Below, one piece after another: positions 13,609 to 28,262 of a DNA stretch of 64,000 nucleotides. Origin of the DNA: the human T2T-CHM13v2.0 reference genome, Homo sapiens. A program made the translations under genes and the position numbers. Position 1 is the stretch's first letter; each line of letters starts with the position of its first letter. The notes beneath the pieces were generated by a model that saw nothing but the letters and a program-made list of their open reading frames with translations, had not been told where the DNA came from and ran no database searches. Location: the NCBI RefSeq assembly GCF_009914755.1, contig NC_060936.1; one strand, written 5' to 3'.

Positions 13609-15584
13609 GAATGCACAGATGCACAAACTTTAATGAATAGGTTTAATCTAAATCTTAAATACTAGGTTTCCTAAAATACGTTTCTTATTTTATGTCAGTA
13701 TTTTCATCATAATATTATAATATTGCCTTAAAAGCATTATTAGCTCAATGATCTACATGTGTAAAGAGTATGATATCATAAAACCTTACCTTTTACTTTT
13801 TGGCTTTTGTATTACCAATAAAGAGGGATTCTGAGAATTGTATTTATTTTTGTGAACATGAAGAAAAAAGGAGTCCTTAGAAAAATTAGATTTGCCTGAA
13901 GGGGTCACTTACATTTATTTTAAATATTTGTTTTCACTATACCTTGGCTATCCTAATGCATATGGTTTCAGACTTCAATTTGTTTTATATCCAGGATAGG
14001 AGGATAGGGAAAATGAGTGAGTTCTCTTTATGCATTGCTCTACTGAGTTCTAGCCTTTGGACACATAGAAAATGACTCTTGGACTTTCTCTCTCTGATGA
14101 GAGAAGGAAATGGTAAAGAAAGTAATATAAAAAGGATTATCTTCCTGGAAACCTTGGTCGCCCCTGTTAGAGAGTCTCTCATTTTAATCTTCATGTTATG
14201 TTCACTTTTATTTCACTTTGCTAGTCATGGCTTATGAAAGATTTTAATTGAAAAATATTTGATTCTTATTTTCTCTCTGGGATTTATACTTTGAAATAAG
14301 TGAAATTTAGTGTCTGACATGCAAATTATTCAGCAGTGTCTAAAGCAAAATCAATATAATGGTTTTTCTTAAGGCACTTGCAAGAGCAATTAGAAATATA
14401 TTAATAGTTAACTCACTATGCTTACAGAATCACAAATGAGCATCAAAACAGTTCTGATTTAAGAAAGTCTCGGCAATCAGTGATGAATGCCAGTCTCGTC
14501 AAATAAGTGGCTGCTTGAAAAGTATTTGGGTTTTGACAAAACTTTAAGCAAAAATTGACAGCAGCATAGGGCTATGTTTAGATCTCTTGCATGGTAGCAC
14601 ACTAGCAGATGCTTGGTTCTGACAACAAAGACTGAACAGGTTTACAGTGAAAACTCAGTAACATTTGTGTTCTGCAGTAATGAATTCTCACTGTGAATCA
14701 CAAGTGGTTTCTTTCATGCAAACCGTAAATATAAATGGTGGCAAAGCTATGCATTACATGTTTTACTAACTTCAGTCATTCTTATCCATTAACTTACAAA
14801 ACGCACATATTTGCTATTGCATATTAATAATGGTGTGGATGGTACACAGGTGGCTTCTGTTTTACTAAGATCACTTTTATTTTTTATGTTTCTAGAGCTT
14901 TCAATATAATCCAGAGAGAATTTTAGAGCTGGGTTTAAGTTTTGATATCACTGCCATGACAAGGTGCTTAAAATGAATTTAAGATGTCTACTTATAAAAT
15001 CCTTGTTACCAAAAAAATTCAAGATTTCAATTTGTACATTTTCAGATGGATGGAAAGAAAGTATGGTTAGATCTTAGTACCTGAAAACCAGTTTATTATC
15101 TTATACATTGCCAAGAGGATGAATATACAATAAATGTAATACATGCAGGTGTGAACATTTAAAATATTAATATTGACTTCTGTATAAATGAGGTCAATTA
15201 ATTATTCTAAAAACCCACATATTTTAATAAAAGTAGCCATTATAACTATTGTAAGTACATGTAATGATACATTACACTTTTAATATATAAACCAGGTAGG
15301 TAGATTGAAAAATATAAACATTCGTGACCACATTAGATTTTATATTACAGTACAATTAAAAGGCGTTTATTAGCATCAAACTATCTTTTCAAATGTCCAA
15401 ATTTATAACATAATTAAAACTTTATAGAACAGCTCAAAACCCTATTTCTTTTATGACTGATTTATCTAATTCATAAAACTAATCTGTATTTAACATGAGA
15501 GACATATTGAAATCAAAATAATGGTGAGCCTCTTTCCCTATGTGAAATTCCATAATTATTTTTCAGCGATTAATATAAAATACT

Positions 15585-18030
<2,446 letters not shown>

Positions 18031-20249
18031 CGGTCAAGAATTACAACATTGCTTCTGCTTTTTACTACAATCGTGGAGGTTTAGGCAGAAAGGCTTAATT
18101 TATTCTGAGGCAGCTTTAAAAGAAGACAAATATTTAGACAGAAATCAGCTTCTCTTTTTACCAGATTCATCATTGCTGAAGACAGCATAAATGGAGGAAA
18201 CCTAGACTCACTGGCTAATTTTCTTGAGGTTTTATGGTAAAATGAATTCTCGGAAAGTTCATCCTTTGACTAGGATTTTAACCAGGAGACCGTTGTTACT
18301 TTGTTTCAACAGCTGTGTTACCACTTTCCTTCTCCCTTGCATTCTAGTTAGTATGGAATAATAAAAGATTGACCTTTAGAAAGGGAGCATTATCAATTTA
18401 TTTATAAAGATTTCACCATAGGCATACAGCTGATACTTGAGTTCCTCTGATCTGTTGATGTCTTAAGTCAAACCTATAATTTACTGTTATTGAAATTTGT
18501 TGAAGTCTGCCTTCAAGTATAAAAAGCTTTTTCATTAATTCGTTATATGGGATACGGCATAGTGGACTATATACTGAATTGCAGGCCAGGTTCTGCCCTC
18601 AGCCACTTAAGTCCAAATACATCACTTTATATTTTAGGGCCTCACTGTAATTAGCATAAAAAGAACCTCTTTCCTCTGAGGTTGAGACAAACAGCCTGCC
18701 TTGTAGGGGAAGTCACCTTATAATAAAATTCCCTTAGGTGGACAACTAAGTGAGTTCTACATTCTCTCCTTCTCTCTCTTTCCCCATCTCTCTCCCTCCC
18801 CTGACCCTTCTCCTCCCCTCTCATACTGAATAAAGTCAGAATATTCTGGAGACAAATACGAGTAAGATCAAACATCACCTCCTTATCTCTCACTCCAGTC
18901 CCCAGTACAGGAGCCCTGGATTGATGGAGGTGCCCCTCTGTTTTCCTGGTGCAAATGTAACTTGTTCAATTATACAGCCAGTCAACAAATATATATTGAA
19001 TGTCTGTTGTGTGATAGGCATTTTTTTGGGTGATGGTGACATCAGGGAACCCAATACTCTGCAGTACTATTTTTATTTCACTGTGTTAAAATTTTATGCT
19101 CATTTTTATGACTTCCCCACTAGACTATAGCTACCTGGGGAAAATAATTTTGCCTTATTTCCTCAAATCTCAATGGTCTAGCACAATGTTTGACACATAG
19201 AGGGTGGTCAATAAAAGACTGCTGGATAAGTTAATTATTAGCTAATAGATTAATATACATGTACACTCATTTATACTCTGAGATTTATAAGAGAGGAAGC
19301 ATTTATGGAAGACATAGTAAGTATCTGCTATGTTTCATTCAAAGAAATACATTTAATTAACTTGGTTTGTTCTGTGACCTTAGAAATGAAGCAAATGTAG
19401 GATTTTAGAGAAAGTTACAGTTAAATTTCTCTAAGAAGCGTTTTCTGAGGTGCCAACAATAGATAGAGGCATAGAAAAATCCTATTCATAAAAACCAGAG
19501 GGGCAGATTAAGCCCACAGAGAAAATAAGATCTTTGGTTTTCATTGTTAGATCTAATAAGTGATTTCCATGAGTCACTTATTTATTTTGTAATTGAGCAA
19601 GTAATAAAATGAATTGAGCATCCACAGCTTTGCTACAAATGAAGATGGACCATTACGTGCTCTTATTTAATACGAAAGTAAATTTTCATGATAGTTTAAA
19701 AAATTGGTACAGTGTGTGTTCATAATGCTATTATTCAAAGAGGTGATTATCCAGTTCCTCACAGTAGAATCTTAGTTATTCTATTTGAAAGGAATGTTTT
19801 CACCAAATTGCCAAATTCTTCAATTCATTAGTCAAAGTTGCCATAATCTTTGATCACATAGGGAGTTACTTCTTGGTTACTTCCTGAAGCCCAGTAGGTG
19901 AAACAGCATTTGTCTTGCATGTTCACTCTATGTGACATCCACCAAAATAGTCAAAAATTTAAAACAATTCAATTAATCACCAGTCTATTTTGACCCATTC
20001 CCACCAATAAAGTCGATAGGCTGAATGTTATTTTCCAGTCACTTTTTTTTTTTAAGTTGAACTGAGTAGTTGATTTGTCATTGTGCAAACACAATTTATT
20101 CACATGGAGTCCATAATTGGGATCTTGTTTCTCCTCTCTGGGATCTTTTTATTGTTTTTCACTTCATCAATTTCTGCAGCCACAGTTACGAAAATCCAAA
20201 ATTTGACTTAAATTTCGAAGTTGAAATTTGTGTTATTATTTTTGTTTGA

Positions 20250-20615
<366 letters not shown>

Positions 20616-21125
20616 TGTACTTCTCTTTATTAGAGCAAATACAAATTACCCTAGAGAGTTTCTCTTTAGAAATTTCTTGCTATTTTTTCCTTTCATATTC
20701 TCTTTCAATTTTCTAAAAAGAACTGCATAAGGTAGTGAAAGGAATATAGGATTTGAATTCTGAAGTATCTGATTTTGAATCCTGGCCCTGGAATTTACTT
20801 TTGGTGTGACCCACAGCAAGTTATTAATCTTACTATGCCTCAGTTGCCTCATGTAGGAAGTAAGTACTATTTTGAAGAGTAAATGAAATAACTAATTACA
20901 GCAGCATTAAAAATGGAATGATTGATCTACAGAGAGATGTTTACTTTGTAGTTGAAACTAGGGGGTATGAAAATGGCAAAATGACTGAGTCCATTAAGTC
21001 TCATAGGCTAACTAGGGCCATTACTTTATAGCACCTTTTATACATACACCTTCATGTGTATACCTGTTGGTATAGTTTTAGCTATTGGAAACAATCTAAA
21101 TCAACAAGACAATATTCAATAGTTA

Positions 21126-22486
21126 TGTGTCCGGAATTGGTGAGTTCTTAGTCTCACTTCAAGAATGAAGCCGCGGACCCTCGCAGTGAGTGTTACAGTT
21201 CTTAAAGGTGGCGTGTCCAGAGTTTGTTCCTTCTGATGTTCAGATGTGTTCGGAGTTTCTTCCTTCTGGCGTTCGGATGTGTTCAGAGTTTCTTCTGTCT
21301 GGCCGAGTCTGGCGGATTCGTGGTCTCGCTGGCTCAGGAGTGAAGCTGCAGACTTTCGCAGCGAGTGTTACAGCTCTTAAGGTGGCGCGTCTGGCGTTCC
21401 TCCCGGTGGGTTCATGGTCCCGCTGGCTTCAGGAGTGAAGCTGCAGACCTTTGTGGTGTTACAGCTCATAAAGGCAGTGGGGACCCAAAGAGTGAGCAGC
21501 AGCAAGATTTATTGCAAAGAGAGAAAGAACAAAGCTTCCACAGCGTGTAAGGGGACCCGAGCCGGTTAACACTGCTGGCTCCGGCAGCCTGCTTTTATTC
21601 TCTTATCTGGCCCCACCCACATCCTGCTGATTGGTAGAGCCAAGTGGTCTGTTTTGACAGGGCACTGATTGGTGCGTTTACAATCCCTGAGCTAGACACA
21701 AAGGTTCTCCACGTCCCCACCAGATTAGCTAGATACAGAGTGTTGATTGGTGCATTCACAAACCCTGGGCTAGGCACAGGGTGCTGATTGGTGTGTTTAC
21801 AAACCTTGAGCTAGATACAGAGTGCCCATTGGTGTATTTACAATCCCTTAGCTAGACATAAAGGGTCTCCACATCCCCACCAGACTCAGGAGCCCAGCGG
21901 GCTTTACCCAGTGGATCCCGCACCGGGGCTGCAGGTGGAGCTGCCTGCCAATCCCGCGCCCTGCGCCTGCACTCCTTAGCCCTTGGGTGGTCGATGGGAC
22001 TGGGCGCAGTGGAGCAGGGGGCGGCGTGTCGGGGAGGCTCCGGGCTGCACAGGAGCCCACGGAGGCGAGGGGGAGGCTCAGGCATGGCAGGCTGCAGGTC
22101 GGGAGCCCTGCCCAGCGGGAAGGCAGCTAAGGCCAGGTGAGAAATTGAGCACAGCAGCTGCTAGCCCAGGTGCTAAGCCCCTCACTGCCTGGGGCCTGCC
22201 GGCCGGCCGCTCCAACTGCGGGGTCCGCCGAGCCCACGCCCACCCGGAACTCGCGCAGGCCCGCAAGCACCGCGCGCAGCCCGGGTTCCCACCTGCGCCT
22301 CTCCCTCCACACCTCCCTGCAAGCTGAGGGGGCCGGCTCTGGCCTTGGCCAGCCCAGAAAGGGGCTCCCACAGTGCAGTGGCAGGCTGAAGGGCTCCTCA
22401 AGTGCCACCAAAGTGGGAGCCCAGGCAGAGGAGGTGCCGAGAGCAAGCGAGGGCTGTGAGGACTGCCAGCATGCTGTCACCTCTCA
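21126..22486 (-). mobile_element. Solo LTR12C (HERV9/ERV9 LTR), antisense to RMST
   Basis: Minus strand begins TGAGAGGTGACAGCATGCTGGCAGTCCTC and ends CCAATTCCGGACACA, the LTR12C termini. 4-bp TSD GTTA at 21122-21125 and 22487-22490. CpG-rich U3 with repeated CCAAT boxes. Confidence 0.95.
21570..21835 (-). promoter_or_regulatory. LTR12C core promoter: five CCAAT (NF-Y) boxes, a GATA site and an AATAAAA TATA-like box; predicted TSS about 21570-21575, firing leftward
   Basis: ATTGG on the + strand at about 21630, 21668, 21746, 21787 and 21828; TTATCT at 21603-21608; TTTTATT at 21593-21599. Confidence 0.65.
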
Positions 22487-22604
22487 GTTACAAAGCCCTA
22501 TATGGTTTTTGTATTTTAAAAATCAGTTTCATGAATAGAGAATGGAAGGGCTCTGGCTTGTCAAAAATACAAATACGCAAAGATCCAGCAGCTTTAATGG
22601 ACTG

Positions 22605-22735
22605 ATTTATTCCTACACTCATTTCTAAATATTTATTGAGTAGAGTGCCTACTATGTGCTCGATGTTGAAGATGGAGAGGGAGAGTCAACAAAACAGACC
22701 AGAGCTTCTGCCTTCATAGAGCTTCTATTCTAGTG
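22605..22735 (-). mobile_element. L2 3'-end fragment
   Basis: aaatatttattgag...gcctactatgtgc...gccttcatagagcttctattctagtg. Confidence 0.75.
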
Positions 22736-22929
22736 TTAACCTGTAAATTTAACCCTAAACAAATCTGATGAAGCTGTTGTGAAAGAGAAAGAGGGAATTA
22801 GCTCTTATATTACCTATATAGACGCAGTTTCCAACTACAGTAAATTAGAACTGCAATGAGTTTTATTTTTATTTTAAACACACCCATATTCTTATGTTTA
22901 TTTTTGGTGATGCAAATCAAAAGGGGTAT

Positions 22930-23363
22930 GGATCAATTGGAGTGTCTTGGGAAGATAATGCCATGAATTTTTCTGAAGACCATGTGCTATGGTAAATGGT
23001 GTGCTATGGGAAATGGGTGAAGGAACTGTATAGGTTATGTCCAGAAAAGAAAAGGGTCAGGAGAAATGATAGCTGACCTCAAGCAGTGAAGAGCTGCCTC
23101 AAAGGAAAGGCAACAGATGGAGTTTACTTTGTTCCACTGTAGGACTGGAAGCAAACAGTGGCAGTTTTTTATGAGGTAGATGTTAGCTCAAGACAGAACT
23201 TTCCAATTATAAGGGTTATTCTTAAATAAGAGGTTGTCAAGGAGCAAGAGGTCACCAGCTTTCTCTTTGCAGAAGGTAACTCAGCAGAAACTGGAAGTAC
23301 AGGGGCAAGAGTCAAGTCTTGGTAAGAGACTGGCAAAGTGTGCTTTGGATTCTATGACTCTGA
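22930..23363 (+). mobile_element. L3/CR1 LINE 3' fragment
   Basis: CR1-like body (agaaaagaaaagggtcaggagaaatgatagctg...agaactttcc) ending in ATTCTATG; boundaries approximate. Confidence 0.55.
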
Positions 23364-26065
23364 AACACCATTCTTGCTCTGTAGTTAATTACTGCAATAA
23401 TTCATAGCCTACGAAAGCTCAGAGGCAACATATTTCCAGATGACAACATCCTTATGGGTTTCTGACCTTTAAGGTTTCCTAGAATTTTGCAACTCTATAA
23501 TTATCTCTGTACCTGGAAAATTCTATAGGAAATGACAATGAAGCTTTTCTTACTTGTCAACCATGTTCAAGAAATGTTTTCTGAGCATATGGATTTCACT
23601 TTTGTTTTCCAAAATAGTGATTGGAGATTTGCCTGTTTAAATCCCCCCAATTTTTAGCCAGGATTGAAAATGACAGGTTATTCTAATGCCCAAATATTAA
23701 TTTCTATGCCATATCTATATCTATATATTTCATTGGCCAATCTTCTTTAAATTTTCTGGATTTCGATTAGTTCATTCTGAACTGTTGACAAGCTAAATTT
23801 AGCTAACAATTCATTGCATTAAATGCCTGTTCATTCTTGGAAAGTATATTGTTTTTTTTTTTTCTTAGCAAAGTGACAAATACCATTTTCATGACAATAA
23901 TAGAGATTGATTACATTTTATGGAACACAGAGTAAGAGCTGATCTTAGTGAGACAACCTTGGGACTTATAAAAGGGAAAAAAATCATTTGAATTAATAAT
24001 GAAGTTAATGAATTCATCTGTTGCTGATGAAATAGAAGTATTTAGAGAAAAATGAAAAGTTCTGCTGCTACACAAACACTGTCAAGAATTAAGACCAATT
24101 TCAGTACTTTGGAGGTGCTGGTTTTGTGAAACCTTTTTTTGTGTGTGAAACCTTTTAAAAAGTTAATACTCACTGTTTTCAAAGCTAAAGCTATGATATT
24201 GATCTCTGGCTTACCTAAGCATACTGCGTGATAGTAATTATATTGAAAGACATTTTTCAATTAAGTTAGGAAAAGAGTAAATCATGATCAATGAAAACTA
24301 AATTTGAACTATTAAGAAGCCTATGGGGAGCAGTTTATGTTTCTGATATGATTTATGCTCTAAAATTTCACTAGTTTCCTTTACACTCTTAACTTTTCAT
24401 AGTTAGGCCTAAACTAAACCAAATATTCATGTGCTTTATTATTCTTCCTTGCTTCTCAGTATCACTTTCCTTATCACCTAAAAGGCATTATTAAAAATCA
24501 AAAAACAAAAAATCTGCACATCTATTATAGTCTGAATGTATGTTTTTAGAGAATAGAAATAAGAAAAAAGGGAGGTATTTAAAATGTTGAAGTAAGTTGT
24601 GGCAGACCTGGAAGACAATGCATGGCTAAAGTACAGAATTACTTTCTCTGAAAAATCTTTAAAACAAGGAAACCAGTTCATGTCTGTTCAGGGACCTTGC
24701 CAATTTCTTCATCTTTCATCCCCATCACCTTAGCATTGTACCAAACATAGTATCAAACACACAGTAGGAGCTCAATAATAATTAAGTGAATAAACATGTT
24801 TTCCCAATAGGGAAAATAAATAAAAATCATCATAGCAATCAATGTTTGTTGAGCTACTAATTTGTGCCATAGAACTTATGTATTTTATCTCTAATATTTG
24901 TAATTTTTACATTGTTATAGGGTGATAAGTCCCAGGGGTGGGGTAAGAATAAAAAAATGAGCATTGATGAAGCTGAATAATATTTAAATAGCTTCTGAAA
25001 ATATATGTTTATGTATTTGGCATGGTTATGAAGAAAAATGACCATGCCTGAGGATTTGAGAAACACCAGAGAACTTACTGTGGATATTTTTAATCTATGA
25101 TTGTGCTATTATTTTAAAATATTTTCCAATTGTTTCACATGTATATATTTTGTCTCTTCTATAAACTCTTTGTTGGTAATTTTTTCTTTTTGGTCTTTCC
25201 TAGATGCTCTCTGTATCATCTAACTACAACTTTGTATTCAAAGAGTTTCTAAAAATCATAGGTCATTCCTATGATGAATCTCCAGTTTTTAGAGATGTAT
25301 GATACAGAAACTATGTCAACAGTAGTTGACTATTTCTTTTTATCATATATCTTGAGAAATCCTTTATATTATTTTTTCCTTTTATTGGAATTGTAATTTT
25401 ACATTATGGAAGGAATAGTTTTGCTCAAGAACCTAATGCTTGCTCATATTGTAAACCATGGCTCAGTTTGTAAACCATGGCTTTGAAAGTAACGTAAATA
25501 AAACAACAGGTGTAGGGTGTGCTAATTGCCGTCACATTTTGTAAAACCCTGCAGTACATAACTTATTCATCATTTCCTATCTGAATAGGTTTGGCAAAAC
25601 TGTTCATTTCCCTGTAACATACACAGCCAGCAAGGGATACATGTATATCAGTGGTGCTATTAAATATTTGAAAACTTGATTCAATGTACATTGAATATAT
25701 CTTTATAATTTATAAAATTAAAATTTACTTTTTTCTTCATATTTCTTACAATTAGGAGTGAAGGTAGATTACAACAAATTGCTGAAAAATTCACAAGTAA
25801 ACCCTAAAAATACATAAATCTTCCTAATTATATAGAGAAATTCATGATGAAGTTATGTTCTTTCTATGGTGTTTGAAAGTTCAAAGAACTTTTCTGACTC
25901 AAAAGATTTATGTTAGTTTTGTGTTAATTGCTTTAGAAATTGCTATATAGGCTATAGAAAAAAAATCCATCTTTATATTACATAAAATTAGTAATTTAAA
26001 GAGCATCTATTGGGCATCATTTTGAAAATGAATTGCTGTAAAATTACTTCCTGCATATTGCAAGC

Positions 26066-26129
26066 TACAATATTGTATGGGAAGTAAATACCTAACATTT
26101 ACAATATTCTATGGGAAGTAAATACCTAA
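26066..26129. repeat. 34-bp period tandem duplication
   Basis: tacaatattgtatgggaagtaaatacctaacatt followed by tacaatattctatgggaagtaaatacctaa. Confidence 0.9.
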
Positions 26130-26519
26130 TAGTATTATTATGAGTTGTATAGTCTTATGAAAGGTATCTAATGAATGATCAAGTATCATAATTACATAAT
26201 TTAGCCTATAAGTTCTAGTATTATGTGTATGTATTTATTTCAGACTCTACTCTTTAAAGATTAGATATTATAAACTCTCCTCTTATCAGATGGAAAGATT
26301 GATAGATGAATAAAAATGGAAAGCTTTTTGTAACATAAAAGTCAATACATACATCATTCACTTTTCTGAATGGTTTTTAAAGACCGTAATTTCACTTAAT
26401 TTTGAGAATTAATCAAACAGAAAGGAAGCCAGCTTCTCCTTCACACCATCTTCAAGTGGCACTATTTTCCCAAGTTATTTAAAATCTTGGGCAAGCATTT
26501 AATATATTTTTCAAATATT

Positions 26520-27190
26520 ATATAAGTTAAAATTTTAAGTTTATTAAGTTATAGAAGAGTTTTACTCATTGTTAAAAAATCTGAGTGATACAGACATGTA
26601 AATCAAAAGGGGAAAGCCCTATCTTCACTTCTTTTTCCATTCTCCAGATCTGCCAGTTAAGGTTTTTCTTTAAAGAAAGAAAAACATATATATATACACA
26701 TAGAAACACTGCTTTTTTCATTAAAAATTGGATTATTCTATATGTATTTTTCTATAATTTGCTTGTTCAAATCAATCATCTTGAGCATTATCCCACAATA
26801 ACAGGTTTTTCAGAATTTGAGATCATAACTGCATAGTTTTCCATACTACACATGCACTTTGATGTAACTATGCCTTTGCTGATGTTCTTGTAAATTGTCT
26901 CACACTTTTTTTCTGTAAATTAATAATTATATGAACATCTGTGTATGTGTCTCTGTGTGATCCTTCTATTTATCATCATGGGCTTCTGTAGTTACTTTTC
27001 TAAGCTAGACTATAGTCACTTTTTTATTGTTAAGGAATATGTGCATTAAAATTTTTCTTACGTATTACCAGTGGTTCCTTGAAATGGTGTATCAGTTTCA
27101 ACTCCCATAAATAAGTATCAATTGTCCTCTTCACAGGACCTTCACCAGCACTGAATATTACTTAGTCTCTTAATTTTTGACAAATATTTC
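26520..27190 (-). mobile_element. Old L1ME-like 3' fragment
   Basis: Degenerate L1M motifs (ataactgcatagttttccat, tatgaacatct, ccttcaccagcactgaatatt); boundaries approximate. Confidence 0.5.
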
Positions 27191-27956
27191 AGTATTTATG
27201 GATGATTTATTAATTTTTCTAATAATTATCCAAACTTATTTTTATTTCTCTGAATGGTTAGAATTGAGTAAGACCTTCTGAAAATGGATACTTGAAGTAG
27301 AGTTATCAGAGATAAAGTAGAGCACTTTTTAAAAGTTTTTTTTAAATAGAAATGTTTTATTGAAATTAGTTCAATTTAAGTCATTCTTAAAAAATAAATT
27401 GGAATACTGATACATAGAAAAATCTGATGAGATTTGGGATTAAGGACTTCTGTTTTTAAGAGAACTGAAACTATTGATATTTATTTGGAGCAAAGATGAA
27501 TATTATTACCATACACTTTGGTTAAAATTTAAAAATTCTGATTTGAACTTCTTGCCCACAGTTTCTTCCTGCTCTCTCAACCCTCCCTTCTTAAAGTCCT
27601 TTAACTATATCCTTTAGTTCACTTCTCCCAAAATGCTTTAAAGGTTTCTCACTGCCTCATAGAGATTAACAATAATATCATAATTTGTGACCTTGTTCAA
27701 AAATGCAATTTCCAGGTCTCATCTCTGAAGATTCTAATTCTCAGTGTCTGGAATGGGTCTGATAACCTGAGTTTTCAATAAGAATGTTAGGCGATTCTCA
27801 AGACTATCTTGAGACAGACTGAATCACACATTCCCTCTCAAGTTCTCTCAGACTGGATTCTAGGTTATTCTGTCTCTGTTCTTTCCTCCTGGAAAACCAA
27901 TTCCCTCCTCTCTACTTCTGTCTTTACCTTATCAAGTCCTAAGTCAAATCCAACCT

Positions 27957-28262
27957 TTTGCATTTTTTAGAAAAAAGGTCTCGTTCTGTTTGTTGTCCAG
28001 GCTGGAGTGCAGTGGTGCAATCATGGCTCACTGCATTCTCAAACTCTGGGCTCAAGGATCCTCCTGCCTCAGCTTCCAGAGTAGCTGAGACTACAGGCAC
28101 CTGCCACCATGTTCAGCTAATTAAAAAAAAAAAAATGTTTTTATAGAGATGAGGTCTCACTATATTGCCCAGGCTGGTCTTGAGCTTCTGGCCTCAAGCT
28201 ATTGTCCTGCCTTGGCCTCCCAAAGTGTCGGGATTACAGGCACGAACCACTGCACCCAACCA
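27957..28262 (-). mobile_element. AluJ element
   Basis: Reverse Alu with J-type atcatggctcactgca and ctgggctcaaggatcctcc. Confidence 0.9.

Noticed and set aside
21190-22605. Cluster of overlapping GC-rich ORFs up to 122 aa
   Set aside because: They lie within LTR12C, where high GC content suppresses stop codons; no retroviral gag/pol/env sequence is present.
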